Positions 35,099-46,720 are shown, counted from the first letter of the whole stretch. The stretch is 62,692 bases of DNA, filler included, from Globobulimina sp. (GCA_003354225.1; 31 parts of 31 records of this genome joined end to end with filler, not necessarily neighbours in it), one strand, 5' to 3'. Numbers and translations: made by a program. The notes: generated by a model from the letters alone, not told the origin.

Positions 35099-35585
35099 CT
35101 ATTTATCATTCTTGTATTGTATGATTTACTGTGCGGTGTGCTTTGTGAAAATGCTCTTGACAATGCTTTCACATGTTTTTCAACGGTCTCAGTCTACAGA
35201 TAGCCAACGCTCTGGACCTAAAGGGATCACAATCAAAATTTTCCTGTACTGCTCTATCCCAACATTTTTCCTCTCAAGTGGCCTCACCTTCTTCATCGCA
35301 TCATTTTCCCATGGCAACTGTCAAATGCAAAACTGTACTGACATTATGGTTATGGATCAAATATCGGCTGAACTGGACATACGATACCCACTGCCTGATT
35401 CTTATGTGAGAAGTCTGACCATGAAGAACAACTCCGAAACTTATTTGCATTTCGAAGGAAAAGATATATGCCAATTGAAGACAATTCTGAAATCCTGCCT
35501 AACTTCTGATTGTTGGTACAAGAACCTTGGAAAAAGTGAAAGCACTGACTTATATAAAATGTTTGAAAAACTTGTACTTTGCTAA
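35085..35585 (+). CDS. Hypothetical ORF downstream of the integrase
   Basis: 166-codon ORF; start uncertain; no family recognised. Confidence 0.3.
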   Translation: MDFNNYLSFLYCMIYCAVCFVKMLLTMLSHVFQRSQSTDSQRSGPKGITIKIFLYCSIPTFFLSSGLTFFIASFSHGNCQMQNCTDIMVMDQISAELDIRYPLPDSYVRSLTMKNNSETYLHFEGKDICQLKTILKSCLTSDCWYKNLGKSESTDLYKMFEKLVLC

Positions 35586-35706
35586 TGAACAAACTTATTT
35601 GTCATGTTAGGTTTTATATGAATAAAATTGTATGTCAAACCAAGTAATCAAATTGAACAACACATAATCAGTAGCACAAGATTGTAACAATAAATCACAT
35701 TGAATA

Positions 35707-36371
35707 TTAATCCTTTTCGAGCCATCTCAATATAGCATGGGCTCCAGAGCTGTCTGCTCGGGGAAGAATCAATGTCATATCTTTGCCATTCTGCTCAGCT
35801 TCCCAGAGTCTACCTTCATTCTGCAATTTGCCCAACAATGTTTCCTTTGTTAATGGTTCTAAGGACTGACAGGTTTCACAGTTTGGTTGCCACCAACACT
35901 CCATGACATGATTGGCAAGTTCTAATTCCTTTCTTTCTTCATTGTGAAAATGTTGAATCATAAAGTCCATTATAACAGGGGTGAAAATGTCACTGATGAA
36001 TGGGATGTGCTGCACCACAAGATTTTCATCATCTCCATCAACGATCTCTGGCATTTCGTTATGAATATATCTCCTGAAGCTGCTTCGAACTAACTGATGA
36101 TCACTTATGGCATCGATGATCAGCTTTCGGTGCTTGGATATCTGTGCAGACATCGCCATATTGCATAAATGGTCTTTTATTTCATAAGGGGCCATACACT
36201 GCTCTTCTTCATCCATGTATTGGCAAGACAAGATGGTCGCATCATCAACCTGCAGAGATAATAGTAAAAAACCATATAGAGAATGCAAATGATGTTACCA
36301 TTTCTCTAGCTTCTTGTTCCAGAAAGTATATTATATCATTTTGATAAGTTTCTTCCACATTGCTTGGGCAT
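35707..36371 (-). CDS. Hypothetical protein, 5'-partial (intron 36250..36298)
   Basis: A GTAACA...CTGCAG intron joins YFLEQEAREM to VDDATILSC in frame; contains CETC. Confidence 0.55.
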
Positions 36372-36471
36372 NNNNNNNNNNNNNNNNNNNNNNNNNNNNN
36401 NNNNNNNNNNNNNNNTTAATTAATTAANNNNNNNNNNNNNNNNNNNNNNNNNNNNNNNNNNNNNNNNNNNN

Positions 36472-37405
36472 TGGCAAACCGCACAAATTAGATTTGAATG
36501 ACTGGAAAAAGGAGGAAGGCAAAGAAAAAGAAGAGAGAAAAGATCCATTTTATCGCAGTCGACCGGATGCTGCAACATTGGAAGAAAAAATTGTGGAAAA
36601 TATAATGAAGCGATGTATGCATTTTATATCCTCAAAAGTGATGGAAACCAAATATTTGTCGTTGTGTATTGTGGAAAGAAGTATATTTATTTTATCCTTT
36701 CGAAAGAAAATATTATTACCGATTATAGCAAGCTTTTGGAAATCATTTGTTTTTGTGATTGCGGAGAAGGATAAATCGATTATTTTAAAATGTTACGATG
36801 TTTTATTGGTTATTTGTAATCATTGCGGTGGTTTTATAAAAAGAAGGTTTGAAAATGATATCTGGCCATCGATGAGATATAATATCGAAATAAATTGGAA
36901 TATAATTAAAAAGAGGCTAAGTAACACTGATTTGGATCAAACCATCGAAGTTAAAGTAATTAATCAAATCTTAAAATGTTTAATATCATTGTTAACAGTG
37001 AATGGTAGTAAAAATAAAGAAGATATTGAGGATAAATTAAAAGTGAAAGATGTAGAAACTGTAAAAATAATGTTTTCCAAAATTGGCAATGAAGTTGTTT
37101 CCCAATTAATTCCTTTGTTGAATGATATTGAAATTCCAGTTGCTTTGGCTCAGAATGTAATAAATGTTTTAGTATTATTTGCCAATATTATCGATAAACA
37201 AATGATTTGGTTCAATTTATTTGTATTGGATCCAAAATATATGGCGAGTTATTATGAGAAAAACTATATAGATATTAAAAGACGTAGTAATTTGAAGAAT
37301 ATGCATCTGTTTAATTTGAAGCAATTTGTGACTGATAATGTGCGTGCTGCACCAAACCAAAACTTTCATTTGTATGTCCAAAAATTGATAAACTTGATTG
37401 AGTGA
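36472..37405 (+). CDS. TTI1 (TELO2-interacting protein 1)-like C-terminal HEAT region, 5'-partial
   Basis: IMKRCMHFISS...LLPIIASFWKSFV...CYDVLLVICNHCGGFIKRRFENDIWP resembles the TTI1 C-terminal motifs. Confidence 0.75.
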
Positions 37406-37440
37406 ACCTTTTCAGTTCAGTACTATTTTTACTTTAAACC

Positions 37441-37971
37441 ATGGCAGCAATACCTTTAGAAAAACTAAAGAAAATGCCAGATAAATACAAATATATTATA
37501 TATGGATATGTCAGGAATATTCAACAGATTTTACCTTCAGATGATAGCTTCTATTTCATTCCAGAATTGGTTAATTATATTATATTGCTGTATTATAAAA
37601 TTGTCGACACATTCGATGTTTGTGGAGATGAGCTTAAAATATCTGAGAATAAATCAACTGTCGCAACTGTCACAAATTCGTATGGGAAACGATCATGTTA
37701 CGGACAAATGAGCATTTTATCGACGAATTGTAGTGTTAATAAATGGGATTTAAAAATAAATTGCCTGGCTAAATTATTTGTTGTTGGAGTAGCATCAAAT
37801 AAAGAATGTGTCGATGATTTTACATCAAATAAAGAATCATTTAACTATGGATATAATGGCTTCAGTGGAGGCAAAGAATCAATGGGGAATTATCAATTTA
37901 ATGGAACAACGTATAGAAAGGGAGATATTGTATCCATTAAATTTACTTACCGTAGAGCATTTAGAAAATGA
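37441..37971 (+). CDS. SPRY/B30.2 protein with the N-terminal GYxR motif; SPRY truncated near 37940
   Basis: YIIYGYVR..FIPELVNYIILLYY; LKISENKSTV, KWDLKI, VVGVAS, YGYNGFSGGK, YRKGDIVSIK, then unrelated sequence. Confidence 0.75.
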   Translation: MAAIPLEKLKKMPDKYKYIIYGYVRNIQQILPSDDSFYFIPELVNYIILLYYKIVDTFDVCGDELKISENKSTVATVTNSYGKRSCYGQMSILSTNCSVNKWDLKINCLAKLFVVGVASNKECVDDFTSNKESFNYGYNGFSGGKESMGNYQFNGTTYRKGDIVSIKFTYRRAFRK

Positions 37972-38393
37972 GCTTTTTAAAACTAGTTATTAATAATCAA
38001 TCTGTTGTTTTACCCCAGAATGTAGTTATTCGGATGGTTTACAAGCTGCCTTATCCTTTTCTTAACAATATTCCTGCAGCTATTACTTATTGGTTTAATT
38101 TGCCGTCGAATGATATAAACGACAAGATTTTTAAACATGCGAACTATATTTACTTTAGTGAAAGTATTATCTCCTTAGATTGCTTCCTACATATTGGAAG
38201 TAAGCAATTAAAAGGAAGGTTATACTTAAAGGATGCCAACATTAAACTGTATAAAGCCTTTATCGTATTTAATGACCTGGTAGAAGTGCTTTCGACTAAA
38301 AAAATGAAGGAGGTAGCAAATGATAATATTTCTCTTGGAACTACAACCAACCACATTGTTGCCACAGCTAAAGCGCTCCAAAAAACTCCTTAA
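37968..38393 (+). CDS. Probable bacterial (Bacteroidota-like) phage structural/tail protein N-terminus
   Basis: ATGA start/stop overlap; MSFLKLVINNQSVVLPQNVVIRM..P..ITYWFNLPSNDINDKIFKHA resembles such phage proteins as I recall them (not searched). Confidence 0.4.
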   Translation: MSFLKLVINNQSVVLPQNVVIRMVYKLPYPFLNNIPAAITYWFNLPSNDINDKIFKHANYIYFSESIISLDCFLHIGSKQLKGRLYLKDANIKLYKAFIVFNDLVEVLSTKKMKEVANDNISLGTTTNHIVATAKALQKTP

Positions 38394-38496
38394 TCTNNNN
38401 NNNNNNNNNNNNNNNNNNNNNNNNNNNNNNNNNNNNNNNNTTAATTAATTAANNNNNNNNNNNNNNNNNNNNNNNNNNNNNNNNNNNNNNNNNNNN

Positions 38497-38699
38497 TGCA
38501 TCAAATGAAAAAACATCAAAGGGAGGAAATGCGGAAACAAAATATTTTGAGAGGATGCGTGGTTAAACCGATCAGAAATATGCATAAATTGAAAAAATTC
38601 TCAAGGAAACAATGGCGATCTGTCATGAAAGCATCGGTTGAGATCCATAATGCGAGAAATCGGGTCCGTAATACTTTTGTGCCAAGACAATTACAGTGA
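38497..38699 (+). CDS. CCDC86/Cgr1-like nucleolar protein C-terminus, 5'-partial
   Basis: RKQNILRGCVVKPIRNMHKLKKFSRKQWRSVMK resembles the Cgr1-family motif (VQVIRNPAKLKR..KKQLR). Confidence 0.55.
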
Positions 38700-38787
38700 A
38701 TTCAAAAAAAAAAACCTAAGTCAGCCTTGTATACTGTAAGCTAACTATGATTTAAATAGAAGTTGTTGTTGCTATTTGCAATGACAG

Positions 38788-39459
38788 CTACAATACTAAG
38801 TGGTATTCGAAACCGCACGTTTGAGCAGCAATAAAGGCATAATATGGTACATTTTTAATAATTGGCATAGCCCCTACTTTCTGATTATTTCTATAAAATG
38901 TCACCTCTCCGGCATCACAATCAACGCTAACTTTAATTACATCATTGACTTGCCATACATGAATAGTGTCTTGATCATCTGGAGGATTGCTAGTGTCATA
39001 ACTTGTAAATAATTGTCCATTGCCACAGTAACAATATAAATCTGCAGGTGCATAGGCGCACCATTTACTTTCAAATTGGCAAATGTCTGTGTTTGACATT
39101 ATACCAATTGCATCGCGAGGATTATGTGCCATTTGCACACATTTTATTTCAAATTCATTGATTCCTTTTAGAAACATGTTTGATGAACATGCTGTAATAT
39201 CATATCTTGAAGTATTAGTAACACCATTCCGTCTTAACACAGTTCCATTTTGCAATAAATATTGAGCATGAGATTCATGAATTATATCAAACGCAAAGAA
39301 TATATTTCCTAAAAATACTGCAATTACATCATTTAAATCCATTACATAATTCATATTATCGTTCATTTGCAATTGAAATATCATTAGTTGCATTTTGACA
39401 TAGCCGTCAATTAAATATTTCAATTTTTGTTTAAACGGTGGTGTCTGAAAAGATTGCAT
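38788..39459 (-). CDS. SPRY/B30.2 protein with the N-terminal GYxK motif
   Basis: YLIDGYVK..MDLNDVIAVFL; FLKGINEFEIKC, DAIGI, YCYCGNGQLF, WQVNDVIKVSVDCDAGEVTFYRN, YYAFI. Confidence 0.85.
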   Translation of the reverse strand: MQSFQTPPFKQKLKYLIDGYVKMQLMIFQLQMNDNMNYVMDLNDVIAVFLGNIFFAFDIIHESHAQYLLQNGTVLRRNGVTNTSRYDITACSSNMFLKGINEFEIKCVQMAHNPRDAIGIMSNTDICQFESKWCAYAPADLYCYCGNGQLFTSYDTSNPPDDQDTIHVWQVNDVIKVSVDCDAGEVTFYRNNQKVGAMPIIKNVPYYAFIAAQTCGFEYHLVL

Positions 39460-39515
39460 TTAATAGTTTACAGAGCGGTATCAGTTTTAGTAAAGTGCAA
39501 GGACATGTTTTCAGA

Positions 39516-40193
39516 TTAAATGACTTGATATTTAACATTATTGCTTTGTAAACCCATCATTGGATAGTATGTAATACTTGGTATAATATGTATGTTTTCT
39601 CCAATCTGTATATCATTTTTAAAGAAAGTGACCATCCATTTATTGCAATTCACACAAACTGTAATGATATCGCCTTTTTTCCATTTTGAATCAATTGGAT
39701 AATTTGATTTATTTAATTTTAATTTATTTTTTGTGTTTACACCATAAAATATTCCGCCACCACTCCAATAATAATATAAATTCCCTTCGACCATTGACCA
39801 AAACATATCATCTTTATTACAAGAGATTGTATTCGATGTTATTCCAATGCAATCACTCTTTGGTTGAACACATTTTATCCTAAATTCATTAATTCGATGT
39901 GATATTGATTGAGATGAACATATTATATATCTTGTATAAATTTTATGTATTTGTTCAGGTTGAGGTTTGACAATCAATTTACCATTTTCTTGAATGTGAT
40001 TCTTATATTTAGCTGGATATAAATCAAAATTCATATTCCAAATGTTATCCACATACGTCATTATCAGATTATTCAAACATTTTGGGTATACGCACGTAAT
40101 TGTAGACGTAGATGTAGTGTCATTCGCAACGACTGATGTCAATTTTTTCATATATCCATCCACCACTAACATTTTATCACGCAAACTGTCCAT
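39516..40193 (-). CDS. SPRY/B30.2 protein with the N-terminal GYxK motif (tandem paralog)
   Basis: LVVDGYMKK..YPKCLNNLIMTYV; INEFRIKC, DCIGI, YYYWSGGGIF, WKKGDIITVCVNCNKWMVTFFKN, YYPMM. Confidence 0.85.
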   Translation of the reverse strand: MDSLRDKMLVVDGYMKKLTSVVANDTTSTSTITCVYPKCLNNLIMTYVDNIWNMNFDLYPAKYKNHIQENGKLIVKPQPEQIHKIYTRYIICSSQSISHRINEFRIKCVQPKSDCIGITSNTISCNKDDMFWSMVEGNLYYYWSGGGIFYGVNTKNKLKLNKSNYPIDSKWKKGDIITVCVNCNKWMVTFFKNDIQIGENIHIIPSITYYPMMGLQSNNVKYQVI

Positions 40194-40692
40194 GAAAGAT
40201 CATGCACAAAAGGATGACTAGCTCAGTTCAAAAAAATCTTAATATCAGGGTTCTCACCTCTTAGACGACAAATGTTTAGGTTTAAAGCAATATATATAGA
40301 TCCGCATCAATGCCATAATGTAATACTTTAGAATAGGACCTGTTTGAAACACATTGTTTTTAAAATTACAGTTTGAATTCAAAACATTTCGTTTTTGAAA
40401 CACTGCCTGTTTATAGCCTATNNNNNNNNNNNNNNNNNNNNNNNNNNNNNNNNNNNNNNNNNNNNTTAATTAATTAANNNNNNNNNNNNNNNNNNNNNNN
40501 NNNNNNNNNNNNNNNNNNNNNAAAGCATACAATTTATGACCAAATTTACCTGATAAATCCTCTCCTGGTTTTTTTTTGTGATCATATTGTATGATTTTGC
40601 ATGATTTTGTATGATCCATTATCTCGGACGAGATCCCCTTCAAAAAAAAAAATCATACATTATGATCATTTGTATGATTCTTCCTCTTATAG

Positions 40693-41671
40693 GAGTTACC
40701 ACTGTAAGGCGTTGAAAGAGGTGAACCGCAAAAAGATGACAAAAACGAAGAAAGCGAACGATTTTAATCATTGTTTGAAAGCATTTGTGGGAAAAGGAAT
40801 TGATTCAAAAAAAGGGAAAGGATCAAAAAAACATCGTGGTATCTTATACAAACGCACCACGAAAATATTGCGAGATAGAAAGGAAGCATATCAACGGGGA
40901 GAGGTTGAGTTAGATGCGGCATATTATAGAGCCACGAGAGCTGAATTAAGCGCAATGTTAATTCATATGTGTTGGGGCCATGGCAAATGTCGTGAAGCCC
41001 CGTATAATAAATATACAAAAACGTATTGCCGCGCCAAACCTGGCGAGGTTTATCTATCTAAAAACTATTTGGATAAAAACAAAAAACCTTGCTCTTATCC
41101 GTCGAGTAAAGGTTTTTTTGAAGCTATGAATGGATATTTTATGGATTATTGCACCGATGATTTATTAGAGACATTATTTATTGCCTACAATTCCAATGTA
41201 AATGAATGTTATAATGGATTATTATGCAGCATATCGGACAAAAAAACACATATTTCATATAAGGATTATATCGGATATATAAATATTGCCATTGCATTAT
41301 ATAATGTTGGCGAAAAACAATCGGTTACGGATAGATTTGATTTGTTGAACACGAATGTAAATGAACGACAGGAATATATTATGCAGCGGAGGGAATTGGA
41401 GAGAAAGAAGAAAAGAATAAGAGAGCGTAGCAACGCTTATAAACAAAGAAGAAAGGATAAAAGGTTTGGAAAAAATGAAAATAAAAAAGAAAATGTATAT
41501 CAATCTTGCAAATATGGACATGAACAAAAAGAAGAGTCGCAACCACAGTCACAGTCGCCACCAAAAGGCAAAAAAGAGCTTGAGTGGAATTCAGACGATG
41601 AGGAATATTATAGATGGAAATATTGGATGTTATCCGCTGTTGAGCGGTTCAATGACAAAGCAAATGAATGA
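40693..41671 (+). mobile_element. Kolobok/Mutator-like DDE transposase, 3' exon
   Basis: DFNHCLKAF, HMCWGHGKC...YC, LLETLFIAYNSNVNECYNGLLCSISDK (catalytic Glu context), IAIALYNVG, basic tail; preceded by the acceptor TTATAG at about 40692. Confidence 0.7.
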
Positions 41672-43127
41672 TTTGTTTTTTTGTTTGTCAATATTTAAAA
41701 GTTTTCATCGGATTTTTGGGTTTTTTTTTTAAGACAGATTGATGTTTATCTTGCAGTGAGCACCCAAAACATCAAAAACACAAACGTTTGGATTTTTGGA
41801 CTCTGCCAGTATGGACGAAGACAGTCCTTACATTTTTTTTCGATTTTATGCATACAATTTTTTTTTCTATGCATTTTAATCATGTCAAAATTTAATTTTT
41901 TTCATCGAATTATGATGAATTTTATTAATCTGATTTTGTGTAAATGGTATTTACCATTTCGCTTATACTGCGCACAGAGCTTATTTATGATGTTATCTAA
42001 AACCTGTGAAAAAAAAATTAATCACTGGACACTTAAGTCTGATTAATTCGATGATTAAATGCTTGAATTTTGAGGTTTTTTCGGAATGATGATGCTTAAA
42101 CACAGTTGTGAAAAACAGCATATTTTGAGCATCTACTTTGAAGTCACTAGCAATGCGTTTTTAGTACTTTTTACGACAAAAAATGGAAATATCAAATATT
42201 ATGGATCGATTACCAATGAATATTTAAACACTTTAATCACATTTTCGCGGTTCTTGACAAGAAACTTCATTATTTACTCTTTCCATTTGTACATCTGACA
42301 ATATTTTGGATATGTAATCAAATATGCTCATTATGGTGGTTTGGCGGCGAAGGAGAGGCATTTTGCGTCGCCAGAAGCGATGCAAATAATTATAGGAGTT
42401 ACGGTGTCGGCGATGCAAATTCATCGCTTTGGAAGAAGACGGCTTCNNNNNNNNNNNNNNNNNNNNNNNNNNNNNNNNNNNNNNNNNNNNTTAATTAATT
42501 AANNNNNNNNNNNNNNNNNNNNNNNNNNNNNNNNNNNNNNNNNNNNTGAATAAATTGTACATCTCAAGACTCAATATGAGTGGTGCAGGTTTATGGTTTC
42601 AATATGTCATTTGTATTGGAGGGTTTATGTCTACAGTTTGGATTGCTATGACCTAGTTTATTACGCATTTCCTGATTTTTCATTATGTGAAAAATGTATG
42701 TGGATATTTAACTGTGTTGTAATGGGAATATGGAATTTTAATATGGCAGTGAGACACGTACGTACGTACAAAAAGTGTTATTCGTTTCTATTTGCAAGCT
42801 TAGGTTTGTTGTCAATAAAACGTTTTACTGCCTAGCTCTTTCCACAGAAACAGTGCGGTACTCAGTCATCCAGAGATATTCAAAGAAAAAATCCAAGGGA
42901 TGATCAGGTGTTACGTAATAAAAAAAACAATCCGAACCCGTAACTTAGTATTTCTAATTCGAAAACGTGCTCAAATATCATTCAAAAAAGCATTACCATG
43001 TAATCACAATTCATAATCAATACAATTAAACGTATCATTCTCATTCAAAAGTTATGTCCAATTATTTGATAAAAACAATGTATCCAATAAAAAAATAATC
43101 AATCAATCAATCAATGTATTCAATTCA

Positions 43128-43676
43128 TCACAGTTCCGATTTGGGGAAAGAGTCATTATTATTATTCCCGTTCGAGCCATCATTTGGTTGATTTGATTTC
43201 ATTTCCTGTTCCCATTCACGTGCCAATTCTTCATGCAATGTATTCTTTGCATGTTCCGCTTTGCATTGCAAATAATACGATCCACCCACTTTAGGATCAT
43301 TGTATTGAAATATGTCTTCAAAGTACTATACAGTACATAATGTTTTTAAGAAATTTCCAGAAAGTTCCAAATTGTGAAATGCGTTCTTCTATGTACTAAA
43401 CTTGCGTGATTTGTTCTGCTGTGTATGATTTATCCACATTTAGTATCTTCCTCGCTTGTGATGCATCCATTTTGCCCATGATTTTATTTGCTGCCTGTTT
43501 AGCTCCGGCGGATGTACTCTCTGTAACGTACATATGCATATATGTATCGTCAAACATTGGAGTATATAAATCGCGTAACTATGCTGTGCTTGTGCCAGTG
43601 CCTGAGTGAATGCGCGGACAAACACATTTCCAGCAGTAAACAATACTTGTGCTAGCAATCTTGCCCATGGAGCCAT
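43128..43676 (-). CDS. PAM16: Mitochondrial import motor subunit Pam16/Tim16, three exons (introns 43521..43579 and 43326..43401)
   Basis: Spliced product MAPWARLLAQVLFTAGNVFVRAFTQALAQA..KMDASQARKILNV..ITQ|YFEDIFQYNDPKVGGSYYLQCKAEHAKNTL matches the Pam16 J-like domain. Confidence 0.9.
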
Positions 43677-43743
43677 GGTATCTGTTTGATAATAAGGATA
43701 AAGTTTTTGTTTAATATCAGACTGTGCAGTACCATCGTTAATA

Positions 43744-44139
43744 ATGGCATCGGCTGCGCCAAGCAACCAATTATTTGAGAACCACCCACAGAGTTTAACT
43801 GATACGGTATGCTCAGGGTTGGGAAATATGAATGGATCGATTGATGCATTTGTTGAGATAGCAGACAATGAATCTGAAAATGAAGAAATATTAGAAATAT
43901 CAGCTACATTCTCATTGTTTCCATCGTATTGTGAATCGCCAGTAATTTATAATAATACAAAACTACGACAAAGTGTAACCTCACCAATACAATCATATTT
44001 ATCAACATTTATTTTTGATACAACAAATCATGAAAACGACACAAATCTAAAAACATTAACATTTGGAATGATCGACACCACAAATCCAACAAACGTAACA
44101 AAGCAAAATGGAATTAATGATAAAAAATGCAAAAAATAA
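43744..44139 (+). CDS. Hypothetical protein divergent from PAM16
   Basis: ATG start 67 nt from the PAM16 start; no family recognised. Confidence 0.4.
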   Translation: MASAAPSNQLFENHPQSLTDTVCSGLGNMNGSIDAFVEIADNESENEEILEISATFSLFPSYCESPVIYNNTKLRQSVTSPIQSYLSTFIFDTTNHENDTNLKTLTFGMIDTTNPTNVTKQNGINDKKCKK

Positions 44140-44571
44140 AACAATGTCAAATAAAGTATGGACTGACGACATTTTGGATTGAAATTCATTGAAAAGAACA
44201 TGCGATTTTTTAGACTCTATCTTTTATATTATATTTGTTTTGTAATTGTCACTGTAATAATTATATTTATACTTATATTTATTAAATTACACTTAAACCA
44301 TTTAACTGCACACATTAAAGCCCAATAAGTATTTTACGAAAATTCAATTATACATATCAAAACTAAAACAGGGACACCATGTTTTGCGTCCATTCGCACA
44401 GTGTGACTTTTTTTAAAAAAGACTGTTTATTGCAAAATCATGTCTTCGATCCCTTTTGTTTCAGAACCTGANNNNNNNNNNNNNNNNNNNNNNNNNNNNN
44501 NNNNNNNNNNNNNNNTTAATTAATTAANNNNNNNNNNNNNNNNNNNNNNNNNNNNNNNNNNNNNNNNNNNN

Positions 44572-46421
44572 CCTCAATGGATAATATTTTGGACGATTTT
44601 TATGACATTGATACCGATGAAGAGTTTGTACGCGGCAATGAACTTTGTATGGCACCAGCACCAACTATTGATAATGCGAATGAATGCCAAGATCAAGAAT
44701 TTGAGGAACCCATTGATGAAAGCTCAGAAAGTGATTCTTCGGATGAAGATGATAATGAAGAAGATAAGGCAAAATATGAGAAATATTTGACAGAGAATGA
44801 AATGGTTATATTTGAAGTCCCGTTGGATAATAATAGAACACGTAAATGGTTTATATATAAAAAAACGGCCGTTAATTTAGCATTAGCAACAGCTGAAATT
44901 ATTAAAGACATTAAATTCGAGAATTTCGCTGCGTCGAAAATGTCAATATTTCGGGTGCCATATGTTTCTGATTCGGGTACTAATAATAACATTTAAATCA
45001 AAAAAAAATCGAATTTAAATCGATAATAAATCACTTTGAAAAGATTTTTTTATTTATAAACGATTTAAATTCGATTAAAAATATGATTTAAACTTAATTT
45101 ATTTGCAGGATCAAATTATAAAAAATGCATTATGCGGACAATGCAACACGAATTTCAATGGTTTCCGTGTGATCTTCATTTCGCATCCACTATTTTACAA
45201 AGAAATTACAAATATATTTTAGCAAAATATCCAAAATGTGTTAAAATTGATAATGATATTGACAGAATAGTAACGAAAATTAATAAATCTGATCGGAAAA
45301 CATCAATGAATCCGACATTAAAATCCAAATCGAAAACACGTTTTTGGGACATTTTTGAGCAAAAATATGCATTTTGTAATAATGTTAATATGATTAAAGA
45401 GGTCTGGGAGTCGTTGGGAGGGGAGAAATTATGGGCTGGTTGTAAAAATAATTGGAATTTAACGCAAGCATTTTTAACAGTATTAGAAACGATAAAGATT
45501 TTTATGACTAGAATGGAGGCTGATTATAAATCAACATCGGATAAAATTATTTATTATGCGCTGAAATTAATTATTGGAGATTTAGATTGCATGAAGCAAC
45601 CAAGCAAATTTCCACTTCAAAAATATCATTTAACAAAAAAAGGTGATGAATATTTTTATAATTTGGTTCATCAAAGAAAATTAAAAAGAAACCTCAAAGA
45701 ACGATGGCTGCAAACTATTGATGATATCAAAGAAGACCTAGGAGTTGAATATGAATCAGATGATGCTAATGATCATGTAATGGATCCAAAAGGATTTTTA
45801 AAATCCGATGAATATAAAAAAATAAGTGCGAAAGTTGATGTATCACATATTTATTTAGATCCGGCCAAATTAAATAGAGGAAATACAGCAATTATTGAAT
45901 ATTTTTTACATCGTAGGAAAATTGAAATTTTTCAAAAATATATTTATGATCAATCAAATTGGTGCTGGATGGCTTTAATAGTAAATCCAATAAAATATCA
46001 ATTAGTTAGACATTGGGGCACTGAGGAAGTAATTGATATTAATTTATTTGGATTTAAAACGAGTAGAGATAAAAAACGATTTGAAGAGGAGCGTGTAAAT
46101 AACTTTAATGTATCAGAGATATTAGATAAGAAAATAAACATTTTGAAAAAAATAATTGATAAAATGAAAGATTTATATGATATTTTTACGGCTGAAAAGA
46201 AAATTAATTGGTTAAATGGGCAATATAAAAAATGGCAAATTCCTCCGGAATTTCGCAAGAAAAAGAAAAAAACAAATAGTAAAAAAAAAGAAGTGAAAGG
46301 AGCCAAAGGGATGCAGCAAGAGATGCAATTTTATATAAAGACAGTGATTGGGGCGATAGACCCTTATTCGATGTTAATTTCAATTTTGATGAAAATAGTA
46401 GTAGTAGTATGTAGTATGTAG
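44572..46421 (+). mobile_element. hAT-family transposase, internal fragment (intron 44977..45108; probably another intron near the 3' end)
   Basis: Spliced YVSDS|GSNY (DNxxN-like), WFPCDLHFAST (CxxH), SKTRFWD (TRW-like), WNLTQAFLTVLETIKIFMTRMEAD, MALIVNP. Confidence 0.75.
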
Positions 46422-46720
46422 TAGTACTACATTTAAAAAAAAAATAAAAAAAATATTTTTTTTCAATTTTTTTTTTACTATTCATTAATGAAGGTTNNNN
46501 NNNNNNNNNNNNNNNNNNNNNNNNNNNNNNNNNNNNNNNNTTAATTAATTAANNNNNNNNNNNNNNNNNNNNNNNNNNNNNNNNNNNNNNNNNNNNTTAA
46601 ATATAAATCTTTCCGTTGCTTATCCGACGTGAAACCCCGATCATCAAAAGCAAAAATGTTTAATTTTCATCCTTTAAGTTCACTGAAAAACTGTAAAGCA
46701 AGCTACAAACTCGAAGAGTC

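Noticed and set aside
42547-42990. Hydrophobic ORF fragments as a TLC-domain gene end
   Set aside because: Fragmentary, and I could not reconstruct a consistent frame or motif.
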